Virus record (IMG/VR): IMGVR_UViG_3300009104_000002
Span: 32,001-96,000 of that record
Strand: one strand, 5' to 3'
DNA from: a virus
DNA: 64,000 nucleotides
A model generated the notes under the pieces. It saw only the letters and a list, made by a program, of their open reading frames with translations. It did not search any database and was not told the DNA's origin. Shown in pieces: positions 16,291 to 25,202 of the stretch (positions within the stretch are counted from its first letter, which is position 1; every line of letters starts with the position of its first letter). A program made the translations under genes and the position numbers.

Positions 16291-16584
16291 TCAACTCCTC
16301 AACAATTTTAATTTTTGATTTTTTAACTTATCATAAACTTCGTCAACAGCGCCGACGACAACAATTTCCTGGCCATATGTCCCTTTGTTTATGGTAATGC
16401 GGGTAAAGTTTTGTCTAGCATCTAAATTTTGTGGTAGGCGCCCCTCTGACAATAACCCCTTTGTAACCGCATCTTCCCTCATACAAACAACATGGTCTGG
16501 GTTTATGTAAATTGTTCTTAAAGAATAATTCCTCACCACAGTTTCATTGTCCGTCCCATAAATTTCTACAAGTTTAATATTCAA
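16291..16584 (-). CDS. Hypothetical protein
   Basis: Probable TTG start after AGGAG. Confidence 0.6.
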   Translation of the reverse strand: MNIKLVEIYGTDNETVVRNYSLRTIYINPDHVVCMREDAVTKGLLSEGRLPQNLDARQNFTRITINKGTYGQEIVVVGAVDEVYDKLKNQKLKLLRS

Positions 16585-16834
16585 CCTCTTCTCCTGATTC
16601 GTATACATGACATGACTGAACAGTCCAGAGGTTTCCCTCATAGAACACTTCGCAATATTCTGGATATGGACTATTAACAAACATAAGTTTTTGTGGGGCC
16701 ACCAGTACCACTGTCTTTTTAAAGTTCGCGCCCCAACAATAGAATGGATCTTCGCGGACTTGCTCCTCGTATAAAAACATCATAACGTCAGATGGGACGT
16801 GGACGTAATCACCCTGTTTAAGATTTCTCTTCAC
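16574..16834 (-). CDS. Hypothetical protein
   Basis: Probable GTG start; LKQGDYV motif. Confidence 0.55.
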   Translation of the reverse strand: MKRNLKQGDYVHVPSDVMMFLYEEQVREDPFYCWGANFKKTVVLVAPQKLMFVNSPYPEYCEVFYEGNLWTVQSCHVYESGEEVEY

Positions 16835-17120
16835 TCTCCCCCCATTCCTCGGCGTCCTCCTGCTCCGTTTCTGGTATCGCAGAGATGGCCCGGACATATC
16901 CAGATAAAATATCCATTGAATCGACCAGCTTTAGGTCCAATTTTGCCAGACTAATCCTTATTTCCCTTAGTTTCTCAACGATTGTCAAAGGATCCCCCCC
17001 AATCGTATGATTCAATTCCCCGTGAATTGATCTAAAATTTTGTTCACATTCCTCTAGAATGCGTGATACCTCGCTCGGTACGTCATCTAAATCAACGGAA
17101 TAAGTTATATTTACTCTCAA
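16818..17120 (-). CDS. Helical hypothetical protein
   Basis: GAGG RBS, below the promoter at 17138. Confidence 0.7.
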   Translation of the reverse strand: MRVNITYSVDLDDVPSEVSRILEECEQNFRSIHGELNHTIGGDPLTIVEKLREIRISLAKLDLKLVDSMDILSGYVRAISAIPETEQEDAEEWGESEEKS

Positions 17121-17137
17121 ATTTACCTCTTTCTAAT

Positions 17138-17166
17138 AGTATAACAAAGTTTACGAGAAAAGTCAA
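17138..17166 (-). promoter_or_regulatory. sigma70-type promoter (class B)
   Basis: TTGACT-17bp-TGT-TATACT. Confidence 0.7.
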
Positions 17167-17170
17167 GTGC

Positions 17171-17497
17171 TTAACTAAAAAAAGTTTGCCAGATAGTTGC
17201 GACAGCCAATCCAATAACGGAAGTCATTATGACCCAAACAACTTTTGAAGTTTGGTCCTTCCATTGTTCAATTGCGCGGAGGCGCGCATAGAGTCCTTGG
17301 TCCGGATTATAGACAGCCTCTTTAATTTTAGAAATGTCCTCTGTCATTCTGAATTGGCATTGCCTCATAGCGTCTAAATTATCGACCAGCCTATCAAGCT
17401 TTCCATCCATCTCTACAATATCTGTCATCTTCACATCATCCTCTGACATAAGTAGCCCTCCCCCGCCCTGCGATTTATTGAGTGAAATAATTTCCAT
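17171..17497 (-). CDS. Coiled-coil protein with C-terminal TM helix (possible lysis/holin-like)
   Basis: Heptads then VVWVIMTSVIGLAVATIW. Confidence 0.6.
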   Translation of the reverse strand: MEIISLNKSQGGGGLLMSEDDVKMTDIVEMDGKLDRLVDNLDAMRQCQFRMTEDISKIKEAVYNPDQGLYARLRAIEQWKDQTSKVVWVIMTSVIGLAVATIWQTFFS

Positions 17498-17515
17498 AGT
17501 ATTCTAAATAGATGC

Positions 17516-19084
17516 TTATTTTTCAATCACCGCGCAATTTGTAGTTAAAAGAGTACCAGAGACTGATGCTGCATTCTGTAGCGCTGTCCTCGTTACCTTA
17601 ACTGGGTCAATAACCCCTGCTTCGATTAAGTCTCCCACCTCGTCAGTTAGGAAGTTATAACCCTTGTTTCCCTCATGAGTTAGTACGGTGTTACAAATTA
17701 TATCAGGTGACAGGCCAGCATTCAATGCCATTTGTCGAAGGGGCGCCTGAACTGCCTCTTTTATTATTTCAACGCCAAGAAGCTGATCGTCATTATCTAC
17801 GTCAACCTCTAAGTTTGTAGTCGCTCGGATCAACGCCGTGCCTCCGCCGACGATTATGCCCTCCAACTGTGCGGATCTAACTGCCTCAAGTGCGTCCTCG
17901 ACCCTGTGCTTCTTCTCGACCATCTCAATCTCGGTGGCCGCGCCAATACGAATGATGGCAATGCCACTGGATAATCTAGCAATCCTATCCTGAATTTTTT
18001 CGCATTCATGCAAATTTGCTTCTTCTACCAAATCAGCCTTTAGATCGCAGACTTGGCGATCAATCAAACCAGCATCCCCTTCGCCGCCCACGATCGTTGT
18101 TTGATTGCGCGTTATATCAATTCTGCTCGCTGTTCCAAAATCAGTTAGTTTAACGTCATTGAGCTTTCGGCCCTGTGACCTACTGATAAAACTGGCGCCG
18201 GTTGAAATTGCCAGGTCTTTTAAAATGTTTTGTCTCTCTTCGCCATAACGAGGAGCCTTGACCGCTGCGACCTTCAAAGTTCCCTTCAAAACATTCATAA
18301 TTAAAGCCGCCAGTGCTTGACCCTCGACTTCGCTGGCTATGAAAATTAAAGGTCGGGCCTCCCTAGCAGACAACTCCAAGATTCCCATAATATCTTGAAC
18401 GTGTTCAATCTTTTCATCGGTTACTAGCAGGAGTGGATTGTCGTAAGTTGCGGCCCTTCGCCTCTCATCAGTGATGAAGGCCGTCGCAGCATAGCCAGAG
18501 TCCACCCTAAAGCCTTCCACAAGGTCTAGGCTGGTTTGATGCGAACGTGCCTCCTCGACCGTAATGGCGCCGTCCTTTCCGGCTGCACTAACAGCGCGGC
18601 CGACCAGGGTGCCAATCACCTTGTCGTTATTGGCCGAAATGGTGGCCACATGCGAGATATCTTCCTCACAACTAATGGGCTGCGCTGCATCCTTTAAGTT
18701 GCTAACAACGACCTCAACTGCCTTCTCAATTCCGCGTTGGAGTTCTATGGGGGGGACACCCGAAGAAATATACTTCTGCGCCTTAGTGAGAATCGCTCGC
18801 GACAACACTGTTGCCGTCGTGGTTCCATCACCGGCATCTAGGTTTGTTTGCATCGCTGCTTGTTTAATAATCTGAGCACCAGCATTCTCAATTGGATCTT
18901 CCAAGTCCACAAACTCTGCTACTGTAACCCCGTCTTTCGTAATGATGGGCCTCTTGCCCTTCTCTTGCAGAATAACGTTCCTTCCTCTCGGTCCAAGGGT
19001 CGAAGCTACATTATCTGCTAAAACATTGATTCCTTTTAAAATCTTTTGGCTCATCTCCGAACCAGAACCATAATGCTTAGTCAA
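17516..19084 (-). CDS. groEL: Chaperonin GroEL
   Basis: TLGPRGRNV, ITKDGVTVA, GDGTTTAT, KAPRYG, GGGTAL, IDPVKV. Confidence 0.97.
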   Translation of the reverse strand: MTKHYGSGSEMSQKILKGINVLADNVASTLGPRGRNVILQEKGKRPIITKDGVTVAEFVDLEDPIENAGAQIIKQAAMQTNLDAGDGTTTATVLSRAILTKAQKYISSGVPPIELQRGIEKAVEVVVSNLKDAAQPISCEEDISHVATISANNDKVIGTLVGRAVSAAGKDGAITVEEARSHQTSLDLVEGFRVDSGYAATAFITDERRRAATYDNPLLLVTDEKIEHVQDIMGILELSAREARPLIFIASEVEGQALAALIMNVLKGTLKVAAVKAPRYGEERQNILKDLAISTGASFISRSQGRKLNDVKLTDFGTASRIDITRNQTTIVGGEGDAGLIDRQVCDLKADLVEEANLHECEKIQDRIARLSSGIAIIRIGAATEIEMVEKKHRVEDALEAVRSAQLEGIIVGGGTALIRATTNLEVDVDNDDQLLGVEIIKEAVQAPLRQMALNAGLSPDIICNTVLTHEGNKGYNFLTDEVGDLIEAGVIDPVKVTRTALQNAASVSGTLLTTNCAVIEK

Positions 19085-19095
19085 TTAACACCTCT

Positions 19096-20481
19096 CTATT
19101 CTTCTTTATCAACGACATTGTCGACCTTATCTCTTAACAAATAGGCGTCTTCCCTAGCCGCTAGTGCGCGCCTCTTTCTAGTTACATCTTTTTTATCGAC
19201 CCCGAGAAAATATCTGTTTATATTTTCACTAAAAGAGTGAAGTGCTGAATAGATGGGAATAAGATCACTTGCCAATTTATCTAAATATTTTTCCGTAATT
19301 CCCAGCAGGTTTTCTTCCGACAAATCTAGCTGTCCCACGTTTTGTGATACCGAGGCGGCATATGTAGGAGAAATGTGAAATTGTGCTGAATTTTGATAAC
19401 CTGGGGTTTCCCTCAAGAGCGCGATAAATTCACTAAAATTTCCGGTCTGCGCAAGTTTAACTTTTTCATACATCTCAGCGCCGCCGTAAAGATGATTGAC
19501 GCTGGCGGAATATCTTTTTATTTTCTTGACATCCTCATCCGTTCTGTAAGTAACGGAGAAGGGCGCGCCAACTTCCTTAAAGGCCCTGGCGGATCTGGCG
19601 ATATTCTTCCCCCCTGAATCATATATTTTAATAATTCCCGGCTCTGTAACTCTCTTTGAAACCCCAGTTTCTCTGAAGAAATCTGCCAACTCTTCTCTGG
19701 AAAGGCCCGAGACTTCCGACTCTTCTTTGACTTCGTGATATTCAGCCCACCCAATATAATCTGTAAAATTTTGCTGTGTAATTGTAAATTCATAAAAATC
19801 CAAAACGTCATTACCCACTTTACGAACCACCAAATAAGTTATTTCTGGCGGCTCTACCGTGGCAAAATGTTCTACAAGATTCTTGTAAGAGCCATCAATC
19901 GATGTGCCGGGAGATAATAATTTTAAACTATAATGAACCCCGTTTAGAACCACATCAGTAATGGGCTTTCCTGATTGCCCAGATGCCTCATCGCCAGTAA
20001 CATCCACAATTTGAATACTTTGGCCGCCAAATATTCCAGCAAGAAATCCCTCGAATAAAAAGCCTCCAACCGACTCTGTGTATTCCACCAAGATACTCCT
20101 CAATGTCTCCAAAACGACCATGGCAGAAATAATTTTCGGAATGTCAGCGCCGGGATCGTATTGAATAACCTCATTAAGATTCGCAATCTTTCCCTCAACA
20201 CTATCCCCTTTTAGGTTTTTAGTAAATTCCTCAATGATGGTCCTGTCTTTATTATCAACCTTACCCCACAGTTCTGTGATCTTGAAGGTTGGTAATTTTA
20301 CACCACCACGGAGAGACTCTGGCACCTCTTTCTGGGCCGCGTCGTAAGTTGTAGAAACTGAGGCCTCTTCAAAGAGAGGCTGCAAGTTCAGCATGGTTTC
20401 TTCCACGACTTCCAGCAACTTTTTAAAGGAAAAATTGTTTTCCCCATAATGCTTTTTAATTAAATTATCTAGTTTACTCAT
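19096..20481 (-). CDS. Hypothetical protein, possible PD-(D/E)xK-like nuclease fold
   Basis: GFLFEGFLA...ITDVV...YSLKLL arrangement; late-type motif at 20485. Confidence 0.6.
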   Translation of the reverse strand: MSKLDNLIKKHYGENNFSFKKLLEVVEETMLNLQPLFEEASVSTTYDAAQKEVPESLRGGVKLPTFKITELWGKVDNKDRTIIEEFTKNLKGDSVEGKIANLNEVIQYDPGADIPKIISAMVVLETLRSILVEYTESVGGFLFEGFLAGIFGGQSIQIVDVTGDEASGQSGKPITDVVLNGVHYSLKLLSPGTSIDGSYKNLVEHFATVEPPEITYLVVRKVGNDVLDFYEFTITQQNFTDYIGWAEYHEVKEESEVSGLSREELADFFRETGVSKRVTEPGIIKIYDSGGKNIARSARAFKEVGAPFSVTYRTDEDVKKIKRYSASVNHLYGGAEMYEKVKLAQTGNFSEFIALLRETPGYQNSAQFHISPTYAASVSQNVGQLDLSEENLLGITEKYLDKLASDLIPIYSALHSFSENINRYFLGVDKKDVTRKRRALAAREDAYLLRDKVDNVVDKEE

Positions 20482-20489
20482 AATACTAA

Positions 20490-21131
20490 TTAGTCTCCAA
20501 AATCCGCTTCTTCCAATAGAGTGTAGGTAAAGCTGTTTCCAAACGTTTCTTTTGATCTATTTACTATTTCCATAAATTTTTTGTATTCTGTTCCATTTTT
20601 AAAAACTTGACACCCAGCAGAGTAAGCCCCAACATAGCTTGTTTCTCCGGATTTCGCCCGATGGATATTTATTCCAAACCACCCCTCTTCTAAAGAGTCC
20701 GGATCGTGATCTAGGATATTATCTCTGTTATTATCCCTCCACACTTTCACCTTTGATCCTCGCTGACACAGCGCTTCGTGGGCAAAACGAGGATTTCGCT
20801 TTGCGTGCGTATCAACTTTGTAAGTGCCACGATATTGATCCGGGATCAGGATTGCAGTTCCCGCTGAATTAACAGGGTGATCAATCAAATAGTATGTTGA
20901 CGGATCTGTCGTGATTCTTGCATTAAATACTTCCAACTCTTTTTGCTTGTTCCTATACAGAACTAAAATTGAATCATCAAACTTATTAGCTCTTCTGTTT
21001 TCTGAACGTATACCAATAATATTTATATTCCAAGAGAGATTTCCATCAAAATATTTATATTTCTTTTCTTTTAATATTTTCCTAACCTGCTCGGTGATTA
21101 TTTTTGCCTGCAACCCTTTTATAACTGGCAT
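20490..21131 (-). CDS. YkuD/L,D-transpeptidase-like cysteine enzyme (candidate peptidoglycan hydrolase)
   Basis: GINIHRA...SAGCQV (H..SxGC). Confidence 0.7.
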   Translation of the reverse strand: MPVIKGLQAKIITEQVRKILKEKKYKYFDGNLSWNINIIGIRSENRRANKFDDSILVLYRNKQKELEVFNARITTDPSTYYLIDHPVNSAGTAILIPDQYRGTYKVDTHAKRNPRFAHEALCQRGSKVKVWRDNNRDNILDHDPDSLEEGWFGINIHRAKSGETSYVGAYSAGCQVFKNGTEYKKFMEIVNRSKETFGNSFTYTLLEEADFGD

Positions 21132-21143
21132 TGTGTGGCCTCC

Positions 21144-21689
21144 TCATACAATTATATCTGCTATGCCTCGCTCTACTGCCTCCTCCGCTGAAAGATATAC
21201 ATTAACATTTTTCATAAATAACTTTTTCAGGACCGTAGGAGTAAAATTGGTATGTGCACAGAGAGCCTTAATATATAAATCTTGTATTTTTTGTGTCTCT
21301 TTCATTTCATTTTTTAAATCGTGAAGTGGACCTGCATTGCCAGCCACAACAGAGTGCAGCATAATTCTACAAGTGCGCCCGACCTTTCTCTTCCCTTTTG
21401 TACCCGCTGCCAGCAGCAGAACACCCGCCGACATGACCTTCCCCAGCCCGAACGTCACAATATCTACTTTTGATTTTGCTTCCCTCATGAAGTCATATAT
21501 ACTAAACATATCAGATGCTCTTCCACCATCCGTAGAAATATATAATTCGATATCCTTATCTGAATCCGACAAGTAGAGTCTGAATGCATATATTACCTCT
21601 TCCGCCTTCTTTTCATCAATATCCTGAAAAATCCCAACTACTCTAGGCTCTTCACTCTGCCCATCATCGGCTCGCTTTGGGTTTGCCAT
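21144..21689 (-). CDS. clpP: ClpP-like protease subunit
   Basis: LYISTDGG, VMSAG (Ser), IMLH (His), YLSAEEAVERGIAD. Confidence 0.9.
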   Translation of the reverse strand: MANPKRADDGQSEEPRVVGIFQDIDEKKAEEVIYAFRLYLSDSDKDIELYISTDGGRASDMFSIYDFMREAKSKVDIVTFGLGKVMSAGVLLLAAGTKGKRKVGRTCRIMLHSVVAGNAGPLHDLKNEMKETQKIQDLYIKALCAHTNFTPTVLKKLFMKNVNVYLSAEEAVERGIADIIV

Positions 21690-22017
21690 CTTGCGTCCTC
21701 CTTCTCTTATTTTTTGATTCTATATAATCCAATCCGAGCTTATATGGCTTTGGCTTTCCGGACTTCTCCCCTATCTCAATAAGATAGTGGGGGAATCCCC
21801 TTGCCCATTTCTTCCATTTCATCTCGCTCGAAAACTGCTTTTTATACATCAAGGTTTTTGTCTTAGTCGCCGGATCGTATCCCTCTCCGTATTCCTTCCA
21901 ATCTTTCAACTCTTTTAGTATTTTGTTCTTATTCCTAACTCCCTTAATACCATCAACCTGTATGATATAAGTGAAATTATTATCTTTTTTTGTGTGCTTC
22001 CATGCAGTTGCCTTCAC
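21664..22017 (-). CDS. Basic hypothetical protein
   Basis: GGAGG RBS, GTG start, promoter at 22039. Confidence 0.7.
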   Translation of the reverse strand: MKATAWKHTKKDNNFTYIIQVDGIKGVRNKNKILKELKDWKEYGEGYDPATKTKTLMYKKQFSSEMKWKKWARGFPHYLIEIGEKSGKPKPYKLGLDYIESKNKRRRTQDGKPKASR

Positions 22018-22038
22018 TAGAATCCTCCCACTATACTA

Positions 22039-22067
22039 AGTATATACCTTTTTCAATTGAATGTCAA
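22039..22067 (-). promoter_or_regulatory. sigma70-type promoter
   Basis: TTGACA-17bp-TATACT. Confidence 0.7.
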
Positions 22068-22462
22068 GAACTTTTTATTACTTTCTCCAAATATCTCATT
22101 GCGCCTTGCCAGTCTCGATACTCAATGTGTGCGGAGTAATCGGGAGGAAATCTCAGAAGGATTTTCTTTATTGCTTTTCTCTTCCACTTTTTAATATTAA
22201 CCTCATCAATATTGATTGATACTTTTATTTGATTTTCCGGTACTTGTAAATCTTTCATCGTTTTTCTTTTTACTTCTTTTAAGAATATCATATCTTCATA
22301 AGACCAAACCAATAATTGGAGAGAATAGAGTTCTGCTATTTTTAGTATTTGCACCGCCTGTGAAGAGCCATAGACTCTGCTAAAAATTCTGTGAAATAAA
22401 ATTCCAAGTAAACAACCAATTATTATATTTATCATATCATTGCCAAAATGCACAAATGCCAC
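22064..22462 (-). CDS. Membrane-anchored hypothetical protein
   Basis: N-terminal IIIGCLLGILF helix. Confidence 0.6.
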   Translation of the reverse strand: MAFVHFGNDMINIIIGCLLGILFHRIFSRVYGSSQAVQILKIAELYSLQLLVWSYEDMIFLKEVKRKTMKDLQVPENQIKVSINIDEVNIKKWKRKAIKKILLRFPPDYSAHIEYRDWQGAMRYLEKVIKSS

Positions 22463-22507
22463 GACAGATTGTGAGTAATGGCCGTGGCATTTGTATAATT
22501 ATCTTTG

Positions 22508-23233
22508 CTATTTTCTACTCTTGGAAGCCATTTTAGCCAAGCGCTGCTTGACCCTTCTAGTGATTTCTTGCACAACTTCATCTCTGGATGTGGCAGTATC
22601 ATCGGCCTCTTGACGCAAGCGCGGGATTGCCCTTTCTCTTCCCCTAGATCTAGCGCGTGCTTTTGATCCCAACGAAGAATCGTCGTCGTCGTCATCTTTT
22701 TTGTCGTCATCTTTTTTGTCGTCATCTCCCTCCTCGGATAAGACGCTATTGAGAATTTCGTCCAAAGTTTCCTCTTCTTCCGCAGAAAATTCGACTTCTT
22801 CTTCGCCGCCCTCTTCTGGGCCCATGTCCACGGGGTCTTCCATATCAATTTCGTCGCCCATTTCAATTTCGTCGCCCATTTCAATTTCGTCGGCGCCTTG
22901 ATCAGAAACCTGCACATTGACACCAGCCATGGCGGCAAGGGCCTCCAAATCACTAGCAATTCTCAACACCAAAGATTCGGCGTCTTCTTCGCCGGCTGGA
23001 CCCATTGGATCTTCAATATCTAATTCGGCGTCCATATCCAATTCCATCTCTTCTTCGTCTGGGCCCATTCCAGGAATTTCTTCCTCCACGTCTGCCTCAA
23101 CATCAATTTCTTCCTCGTCTCGCTGGTACATTTCCTCTTCGTCAATGTTTCCAACAAAATTTGAAGTCACGTTTTCATTTAGATTAGCCAATTTCATAAA
23201 ACGTCGGACTTCATTCAAATACTTCTTGCTCAT
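22508..23233 (-). CDS. Highly acidic protein (scaffold/internal head protein-like)
   Basis: D/E-rich, AGGAG RBS, late-type motif at 23277. Confidence 0.7.
   Translation of the reverse strand: MSKKYLNEVRRFMKLANLNENVTSNFVGNIDEEEMYQRDEEEIDVEADVEEEIPGMGPDEEEMELDMDAELDIEDPMGPAGEEDAESLVLRIASDLEALAAMAGVNVQVSDQGADEIEMGDEIEMGDEIDMEDPVDMGPEEGGEEEVEFSAEEEETLDEILNSVLSEEGDDDKKDDDKKDDDDDDSSLGSKARARSRGRERAIPRLRQEADDTATSRDEVVQEITRRVKQRLAKMASKSRK
22691..22727. repeat. 15-bp coding tandem repeat (DDKKD)
   Basis: GTCATCTTTTTTGTC x2.5. Confidence 0.8.
22845..22892. repeat. 18-bp coding tandem repeat (DEIEMG)
   Basis: TCAATTTCGTCGCCCATT x2.7. Confidence 0.85.
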
Positions 23234-23276
23234 AATTTGTTCTCCTAAAACTCACAAAGAATAACAGTTTTTCATT

Positions 23277-23286
23277 TATAAATAGT
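23277..23286 (-). promoter_or_regulatory. Putative late promoter motif ACTATTTATA
   Basis: Consensus match upstream of the acidic protein gene. Confidence 0.6.
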
Positions 23287-23314
23287 TCTCTGATTTTTAA
23301 AAAACCCTGATATT

Positions 23315-23644
23315 TTATAAATCTGGGTGCTCTTTTTCTAAAATATCAAAAATATTTTCTATTTCCTTATCTTCGAGACCGAACTTTCTTTTAATTTTAT
23401 CGGCGCCGGTGATAGAATCCTTAACAATTTTGGCCTGCCTCTTACTTTGGGCGTGTTGTTCGCCCTTGTATTTCCAGATAAAGTTCATGAAATTGGGATC
23501 CCCCTCCAAGTATGCAGTTAGGACTGCCCTAAAGAACTTAGTCTTAGTTAGTCCATCATGCTTTAATCGGATCATTAAATCTGCATTTCTCTTATCCGTA
23601 TCCATAAAAGAAATTCTTTTATCCCTCTTGCCATAGTCTGACAC
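23315..23644 (-). CDS. Hypothetical protein (possible ribbon-helix-helix-like)
   Basis: 109 aa; KRISF strand followed by helices. Confidence 0.65.
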   Translation of the reverse strand: MSDYGKRDKRISFMDTDKRNADLMIRLKHDGLTKTKFFRAVLTAYLEGDPNFMNFIWKYKGEQHAQSKRQAKIVKDSITGADKIKRKFGLEDKEIENIFDILEKEHPDL

Positions 23645-24672
23645 TATTTTCTTCCTAAAATATGCGTACTACTTTCAAGCTGGCCGGCCGTAGTCTGGAA
23701 AACAAATTGAGATTTTGCGTGCAGTTCGGCCATACTGGTAGCTCCAGAATAAGAAAACCCACTCCGTATTCCATTATCCAAATCTAAAAGAATGTCCAAA
23801 ACATTTCCACGATAGGGTACTGTTGTGGAGATCCCCTCGTTTGAACTGTGTGTCCCCCTCCAATCATGTTGAGCCTCTTTGCTTGCCATTCCTCGATAAG
23901 TCTTATATTTTTTTCCCTGCGAGGAGGTGAAAGTCGGACCTGGAGTTTGCTCTGTTCCAGCTAATATAGAACCCAACATAACAAAGTCGGCGCCGGCAGC
24001 AAGCGCTTTAACAATATCTCCACTATTTCTGATCCCGCCGTCAGCAATAATTCTTACATCCCCCCAAGTATCGGAAGATGCACAATCCAACACTGACTGG
24101 AAGGTTGGCACGCCATGGCCAGTCTGTATCCTCGTAGAGCAAATTGATCCTCCGCCGATCCCCACTCGAATAGAGTTTGCACCCCACGATGCCAAATCCT
24201 CGAAGGCGCGCTTGGTGGCGACGTTTCCAGCCATGATATGAATATGGGGGAACTCTCTCTTAATATTTTCTATTGCCTCTCTCATCATCGAGTGATGACC
24301 ATGGGCAACATCCAAACAAAGAATGGCGGCTCCCCTCTCTACGAGAGTCTCGGCCCGGTGAAAATAATCCCCACTAATTCCCGTGGCAGCAGCAACATTT
24401 TCTATTCCGTTTTCTCGGCACAGCCAAACCATATTTGCTTGTTCTTCGATGGAGTTATATCTATGGATAACCCCCAAACCACCAGACCGGTCCATTCTGA
24501 CTGCCATCTCTACTTCCGTAATGGTGTCCATCGGGGAAGAAATAATGGGAGCAGTAAAAATTCTTTCGTCGTCCAGTGAGTTGCCGATTCTCACTTGCAG
24601 CCTGCTTTCAACATCTGAATATTGCGGCACCAATAAGACATCGTCATATGAGAGGCATTGTTTAATTTTCAT
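23644..24672 (-). CDS. guaB: IMP dehydrogenase / GMP reductase family enzyme without CBS domains
   Basis: DDVLLVP, SSPMDT, DVAHGH, GNVAT, GIGGGSICSTR, ADGGI, RGMAS. Confidence 0.9.
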   Translation of the reverse strand: MKIKQCLSYDDVLLVPQYSDVESRLQVRIGNSLDDERIFTAPIISSPMDTITEVEMAVRMDRSGGLGVIHRYNSIEEQANMVWLCRENGIENVAAATGISGDYFHRAETLVERGAAILCLDVAHGHHSMMREAIENIKREFPHIHIMAGNVATKRAFEDLASWGANSIRVGIGGGSICSTRIQTGHGVPTFQSVLDCASSDTWGDVRIIADGGIRNSGDIVKALAAGADFVMLGSILAGTEQTPGPTFTSSQGKKYKTYRGMASKEAQHDWRGTHSSNEGISTTVPYRGNVLDILLDLDNGIRSGFSYSGATSMAELHAKSQFVFQTTAGQLESSTHILGRK

Positions 24673-25202
24673 AATTTGTCCCCAAGCTCCCAGCCAAGCG
24701 GCATTTCATAAGGATCAATTGAGCCTTGAGGAATGCCCCCCTTGTCTGTTGATCCAAGTGCGCCATCGCCCCTGTCACTCAGCGTAATGGGATACCACTC
24801 GTAGAGATTATCCTGTGATGTTTCCAGTGCTCGAAAGTGAACAACGGGAACCATTACAATTTGCGCGATCTTCATTCCTCGCTTAATAAATTGTGTTTCT
24901 ATACCGACATTGTGTAAATTAACAAAAACCTCTCCGTCATAACCAGAGTCAACGACACAGGCTCCGACGAGTAAACTGCGTTTTGAGGCGTTGCCGCTGC
25001 GGTTCTTGACTTCAAGCATATAACCGTGGGGGATTCCGAACTTTAATCCTGTCGAGAATAGTTTGCTCTCTCCTGGTTCAAGGTAAACTCCCTTTATTTC
25101 TCCGTCGTCTGGATTAAAATGAACATCCAATCCTGCATCGGATGGGTTTGCTCTTGTTGGCGGAATTGCATCCGGCCTTGTTCGATAATACTCTAAAATC
25201 AT
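24669..25202 (-). CDS. dut: Trimeric dUTPase
   Basis: AGLD, RSG, GVVDSGYDGE-like (ACVVDSGYDGE), IAQ, RGDGALGST. Confidence 0.95.
   Translation of the reverse strand: MILEYYRTRPDAIPPTRANPSDAGLDVHFNPDDGEIKGVYLEPGESKLFSTGLKFGIPHGYMLEVKNRSGNASKRSLLVGACVVDSGYDGEVFVNLHNVGIETQFIKRGMKIAQIVMVPVVHFRALETSQDNLYEWYPITLSDRGDGALGSTDKGGIPQGSIDPYEMPLGWELGDKL

Noticed and set aside
22432-22959. Alternative-frame ORF with KWATKL and MTTKK repeats
   Set aside because: An out-of-frame reading of the tandem repeats in the acidic protein gene.
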